Both the position numbers and the translations under genes were made by a program. A DNA stretch of 40,105 nt from an uncultured Candidatus Peribacteria bacterium. Its GTDB lineage: Bacteria > Patescibacteriota > Gracilibacteria > Peribacterales > Peribacteraceae. The notes under the pieces are model-generated. The model made no database searches, was not told the DNA's origin, and saw only the letters and a program-made list of their open reading frames with translations. Shown piece by piece: positions 34,433 through 40,105 of the stretch. Each line of letters starts with the position of its first letter. Positions within the stretch are counted from its first letter, which is position 1. The DNA lies in contig CAZFBZ010000003.1 in NCBI GenBank assembly GCA_964517345.1, positions 1-40,105 on the forward strand, written 5' to 3'.

Positions 34433-35292
34433 CTGTACGCCCGAGTGTACAGGACAGGATAAATATAGGATACTATCCTCCACTATGACTGAAACGCGTG
34501 TCTTCGATGTCGGGGACTTCCGGGTTCAGGAGTACGGCCGGGGCGAGCCGCGCACGCTCTGCATCGGCGGCATGTCCTACGCGCCCAACGACTACGCCCC
34601 CCTCGCCTCGCGGCTGGAAGGAACGGTCTTCGTCGCGGACAATCCGTATCAGGCACGGCGCATCCCGTGGACGACGGATTTCGTCGCGCAGCTGCGAAGG
34701 CGCTACGTGGAACTCGCAAAACTGCTCCCCACCGAAACGCTCATTGCGCATTCCTGCGGATCGTTCGACGCACTCCATACGCAGGAGGAGATGCCGGATG
34801 TCCGGCGCATGGTATTGATGACGCCACCCAACGGCACGCGTCAGTGGGTACCGGAATCCTCGCGACTGGAGGAATTTGGATTTCTCGATCGTTGCCTGGC
34901 GGACCTCTGCAAAGACGTTCCGGATGAACTCTACCGCGCGATGCTTGAAGAGCACCGCCGTCTGTACGCGCCCACAGACCGCGACATGAAGGCGCTCTAC
35001 AAGCACGAGATGCCTGCCCGGCGCCTGGAAACGGTGGAAGGACTGCTCGAATTGATGCGTGCATCGCGCAAGGATCTCCTCGTCGTGTTCGGCAAGCAGG
35101 ATCCCTGGAGACTCATCGATCCGGGAACGGTGGATCACGGCGCGCGCACGACTGTACGGCAGATCGACACCGGACATTTTCCGCACGTGTCCCGGCCCGA
35201 CGAACTCACGGAACTCATCCGCGACTGGATGCGCAATGATCCGGAAGCGTCGTCACCGGCGCAGTCCGTCACTCCAGTACATAATCGCAATC

Positions 35293-37833
<2,541 letters not shown>

Positions 37834-37919
37834 CGAGATTCAGTGTACAGAAGGGCATTCCTCGCGTCCAAAGAGTCCAAGCTCTTGCGTGGCCGCCCCC
37901 GCATCGACAGGATGCCCGC

Positions 37920-38804
37920 ATGCCGCCCAAGACCGAACAGACACCTCCCAGCAGCCTGGACGATTCCGCCCGCCTTGCGGACGAAGTCGCCTCGTGCCTG
38001 GAATCGGCAGTGGGGCCCCGGCAGGTCGGTCCCATGATGGACAAAGAGGTATGGGCGCTCTTCGAACAGCTGGACGCAAAGTACACGGGCGTGAACGATC
38101 AGTATTGGAGACTGCTCGCGGACGTGTTCAAGGCACGCATCCCGGCGAAGGGCACCAACTACGAGACGATCGACGAGCAGTACGCGTGGTCGGTGCAGAT
38201 GCAACGGTTCTGGGCGATGGCGCTGCGCAGCCGGCAGATGCTGCTCACGTGGGGAAAGCTCAGCCCGAACCGGTCAGTGGCAATCCAGCCGAGCAACTTG
38301 CTTGGGTTGCGCACACCAGAAGACGCGGATTTCCGGGAAGAAGGGATTTGGAAACGCATCGTCGGCATTGGCAACGAGACGGCGAAGCGCTTCCGGCAGG
38401 AGAAAATCGCCGACCATCCCGAGTGGTCATGGGACGAGTTCCGCCGCTTCATGCTGAAGGGCGCCACGGACCGCGGCCGCCTGCTGATGCATCATCAGGG
38501 CGACCGCAGGCACGTCACCGGTTTCGTCACCTGGAGGCACGAGAAAACGCCCCAGCCGGCGTGGAACAATCCGAAGCGACGGGCCATCGGCGACCGGTCG
38601 CTGACCACGCGGCAGATCTGGGATCATCAGATCACCCCCGAACGCGTGGCTTTCGGGGCGGATGACCGCACCGTCTCCCCCACCGTGCTCTACGCGGAAA
38701 ACGTCACCCAGGTGGTCTTCACGCTCATGAAAGCCTCGGTCACGCTCGGCGCGCCCCTGCTGCCGGCCGACCCCGAGCCGCCGCCGCCAAAACGCTGGAT
38801 TTGA
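37920..38804 (+). CDS. Hypothetical Trp-rich protein
   Basis: A clean 294-aa ORF with protein-like composition between leuS and der. I recognise no motif, and the start is uncertain. Confidence 0.55.
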   Translation: MPPKTEQTPPSSLDDSARLADEVASCLESAVGPRQVGPMMDKEVWALFEQLDAKYTGVNDQYWRLLADVFKARIPAKGTNYETIDEQYAWSVQMQRFWAMALRSRQMLLTWGKLSPNRSVAIQPSNLLGLRTPEDADFREEGIWKRIVGIGNETAKRFRQEKIADHPEWSWDEFRRFMLKGATDRGRLLMHHQGDRRHVTGFVTWRHEKTPQPAWNNPKRRAIGDRSLTTRQIWDHQITPERVAFGADDRTVSPTVLYAENVTQVVFTLMKASVTLGAPLLPADPEPPPPKRWI

Positions 38805-38825
38805 GGCGCTTCGGAGCGAAAAACC

Positions 38826-38834
38826 TGCTACAGT
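38826..38834 (+). promoter_or_regulatory. Extended -10 element TGcTACAGT, 9 nt upstream of the der ATG
   Basis: The + strand reads TGCTACAGT-gccggtctc-ATG(38844). Confidence 0.4.
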
Positions 38835-38843
38835 GCCGGTCTC

Positions 38844-40105
38844 ATGGCAAAGCTTCCGCTTGTCGCCATTATCGGCAGGCCCAACACGGGCAAATCCACG
38901 CTGTTCAACCGGCTGGTGCGCAGGCGCGTCGCGATTGAAAGCGAGGTGCCCGGCACGACGCGCGACCACGTGACGACCATCGTCGAGACGCCGGATCTGG
39001 ACTATCTGCTCATCGACACGGGCGGCATGGGAGGCGGCACGGAAGACAAGGATTTTGAGGATGACGTGCACGCGCAGTCGCTGCTCGCACTCAAGGCGGC
39101 TGACGTCATCGTCTTCACCGTCGACGGCCGCGAGGAGCCGACACGCAACGACTTTGCCATCGCGGATCTGCTCCGCAAGAAGAGCAAGCGCCGCGTGCCC
39201 GTGCTGCTCGTCATCAATAAGTGCGACAATGAACAACAGGCTGAGGACGCAGAACACGCGTTCCATGAGCTCGGTATCGGCGACGAGACATTTCTCGTCA
39301 GCGCCGCGCACCGCATCGGCACCGAGGAGCTCGAGCAGTCCATCATCCGGCATCTCGGCGAACGCCAGTTCGGCAAGCGCCCGGGGCGCAGCGAGGCCGA
39401 TGCACTCATCCCGCGCATCGCCATTATCGGCAAGCCCAACGTCGGCAAGAGTTCGATCACGAACGCCCTCATGTCCGAAACGCAGCGCGAAATTTCCCCC
39501 AAGCTCGTGTCGGACATCCCCGGCACCACGCGCGACGCCACCGATACGCTTATCCGCTGGCAGGATCAGGATTTTCTGTTCATCGACACGGCCGGCCTGC
39601 GGAAGAACGCCCGCGTGGAGGAAGGCGTGGAGAGCTTGTCGATGCTCCGCACGATCCAGTCGCTCGAGGACTGCGACGTGGCGCTGCTGGTGCTCGACGC
39701 CACGGAACCTCCCAGCAAGCAGGACAAGAAGATTGCCGGCCTGGTGGTCGACGCCGGCAAGTGCCTCATCATCCTGCTCAACAAGACCGACCTGATCACG
39801 ACCGAGCAGAAAATGGAGCGCAAGCGCGAGATCATGATCGCATTCCAGTTCTGCCGCTGGGCGCCCGTGATCCCCTGCTCCGCGGTCACGCGCGAGGGCC
39901 TCCTGAAGATCTTCGACATCGCGCTCGCAGCGCAGCGCAACCGCCAGCGCCGTCTGCCGGTGAAGGAGTTGCACCGGTTTATCGTGGACGCGGTCGCCGG
40001 TCAGCCGATGAGCTCGCTCGCCTCCGCCAAACATATCGTCCAGGCCAAGAATCCGCCGCCGACGTTCATCGTCTTCGTCAAAAACCCCAAGCGCGTCCAG
40101 CTCAG
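38844..40105 (+). CDS. der: Ribosome-associated GTPase Der/EngA (two tandem GTPase domains); the 3' end runs off the right edge
   Basis: Absent from the ORF track because it has no stop codon inside the window. My translation gives MAKLPLVAIIGRPNTGKSTLFNRL...DTGG...NKCD for domain 1 and RIAIIGKPNVGKSSITNAL...DTAG...NKTD for domain 2, followed by the start of the KH-like domain. The listed minus ORF 38427..40034 is its antisense shadow. Confidence 0.95.
   Translation, partial: MAKLPLVAIIGRPNTGKSTLFNRLVRRRVAIESEVPGTTRDHVTTIVETPDLDYLLIDTGGMGGGTEDKDFEDDVHAQSLLALKAADVIVFTVDGREEPTRNDFAIADLLRKKSKRRVPVLLVINKCDNEQQAEDAEHAFHELGIGDETFLVSAAHRIGTEELEQSIIRHLGERQFGKRPGRSEADALIPRIAIIGKPNVGKSSITNALMSETQREISPKLVSDIPGTTRDATDTLIRWQDQDFLFIDTAGLRKNARVEEGVESLSMLRTIQSLEDCDVALLVLDATEPPSKQDKKIAGLVVDAGKCLIILLNKTDLITTEQKMERKREIMIAFQFCRWAPVIPCSAVTREGLLKIFDIALAAQRNRQRRLPVKELHRFIVDAVAGQPMSSLASAKHIVQAKNPPPTFIVFVKNPKRVQL

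Noticed and set aside
34460-34484. A possible DnaA box or origin signal (…TATCCTCCAC…), and a possible dif site near ftsK.
   Set aside because: There is no match to TTATCCACA beyond 6-7 scattered bases. There is no cluster of boxes, no AT-rich unwinding element and no dnaA or dnaN nearby. No XerCD-type 28-bp dif-like palindrome was seen near ftsK.

Overview
This is a high-GC, very compact bacterial chromosomal segment. I estimated GC by eye only. It carries about 38 protein genes and one tRNA. I saw no rRNA, CRISPR array, transposase, integrase or phage genes.

Recognisable housekeeping genes are a D-2-hydroxyacid dehydrogenase (cut by the left edge), tRNA-Tyr, cyclophilin, ftsK, rdgB, a UvrD/PcrA-type helicase fused to a PD-(D/E)XK nuclease, rpoD, dnaG, an RsmB/F-type m5C methyltransferase, leuS and der (cut by the right edge).

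Accessory or envelope content:
- A lipid head-group module: DAG-kinase-family lipid kinase, SDR, CDP-alcohol phosphatidyltransferase, and an archaeal-type CarS/DUF46 cytidylyltransferase.
- An OmpR-type two-component system next to a CuA-motif cupredoxin lipoprotein.
- A MarR-controlled MacAB-type efflux operon with two paralogous FtsX permeases and an unusually long adaptor.
- A Met-rich fasciclin lipoprotein.
- An NRS/ER-like sugar nucleotide reductase.
- A Hanks-type kinase.
- About ten orphan ORFs.

The long ORFs in the track that lie antisense to these genes are high-GC shadows. Several track ORFs also carry spurious 5' extensions, and I re-set those starts.

The strongest sequence-level observations are:
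1. A box-N4-box-N10-(-10) operator repeated three times, which ties the two-component system to three promoters.
2. A (TGn)TAnnnT hexamer 6-9 nt upstream of about 17 start codons, implying widespread leaderless transcription.
3. A CxxC...CxxC zinc-ribbon tail on the primary sigma factor.
4. A CarS-type enzyme translationally coupled to a PgsA-like enzyme.
5. An orphan STAND-like P-loop protein abutting tRNA-Tyr.

I cannot point to a clearly self-contained novel multi-gene system such as a defence island. The findings below are the candidates I think deserve follow-up. The lineage cannot be assigned from the sequence alone. An uncultivated, reduced-genome bacterium is only an inference.
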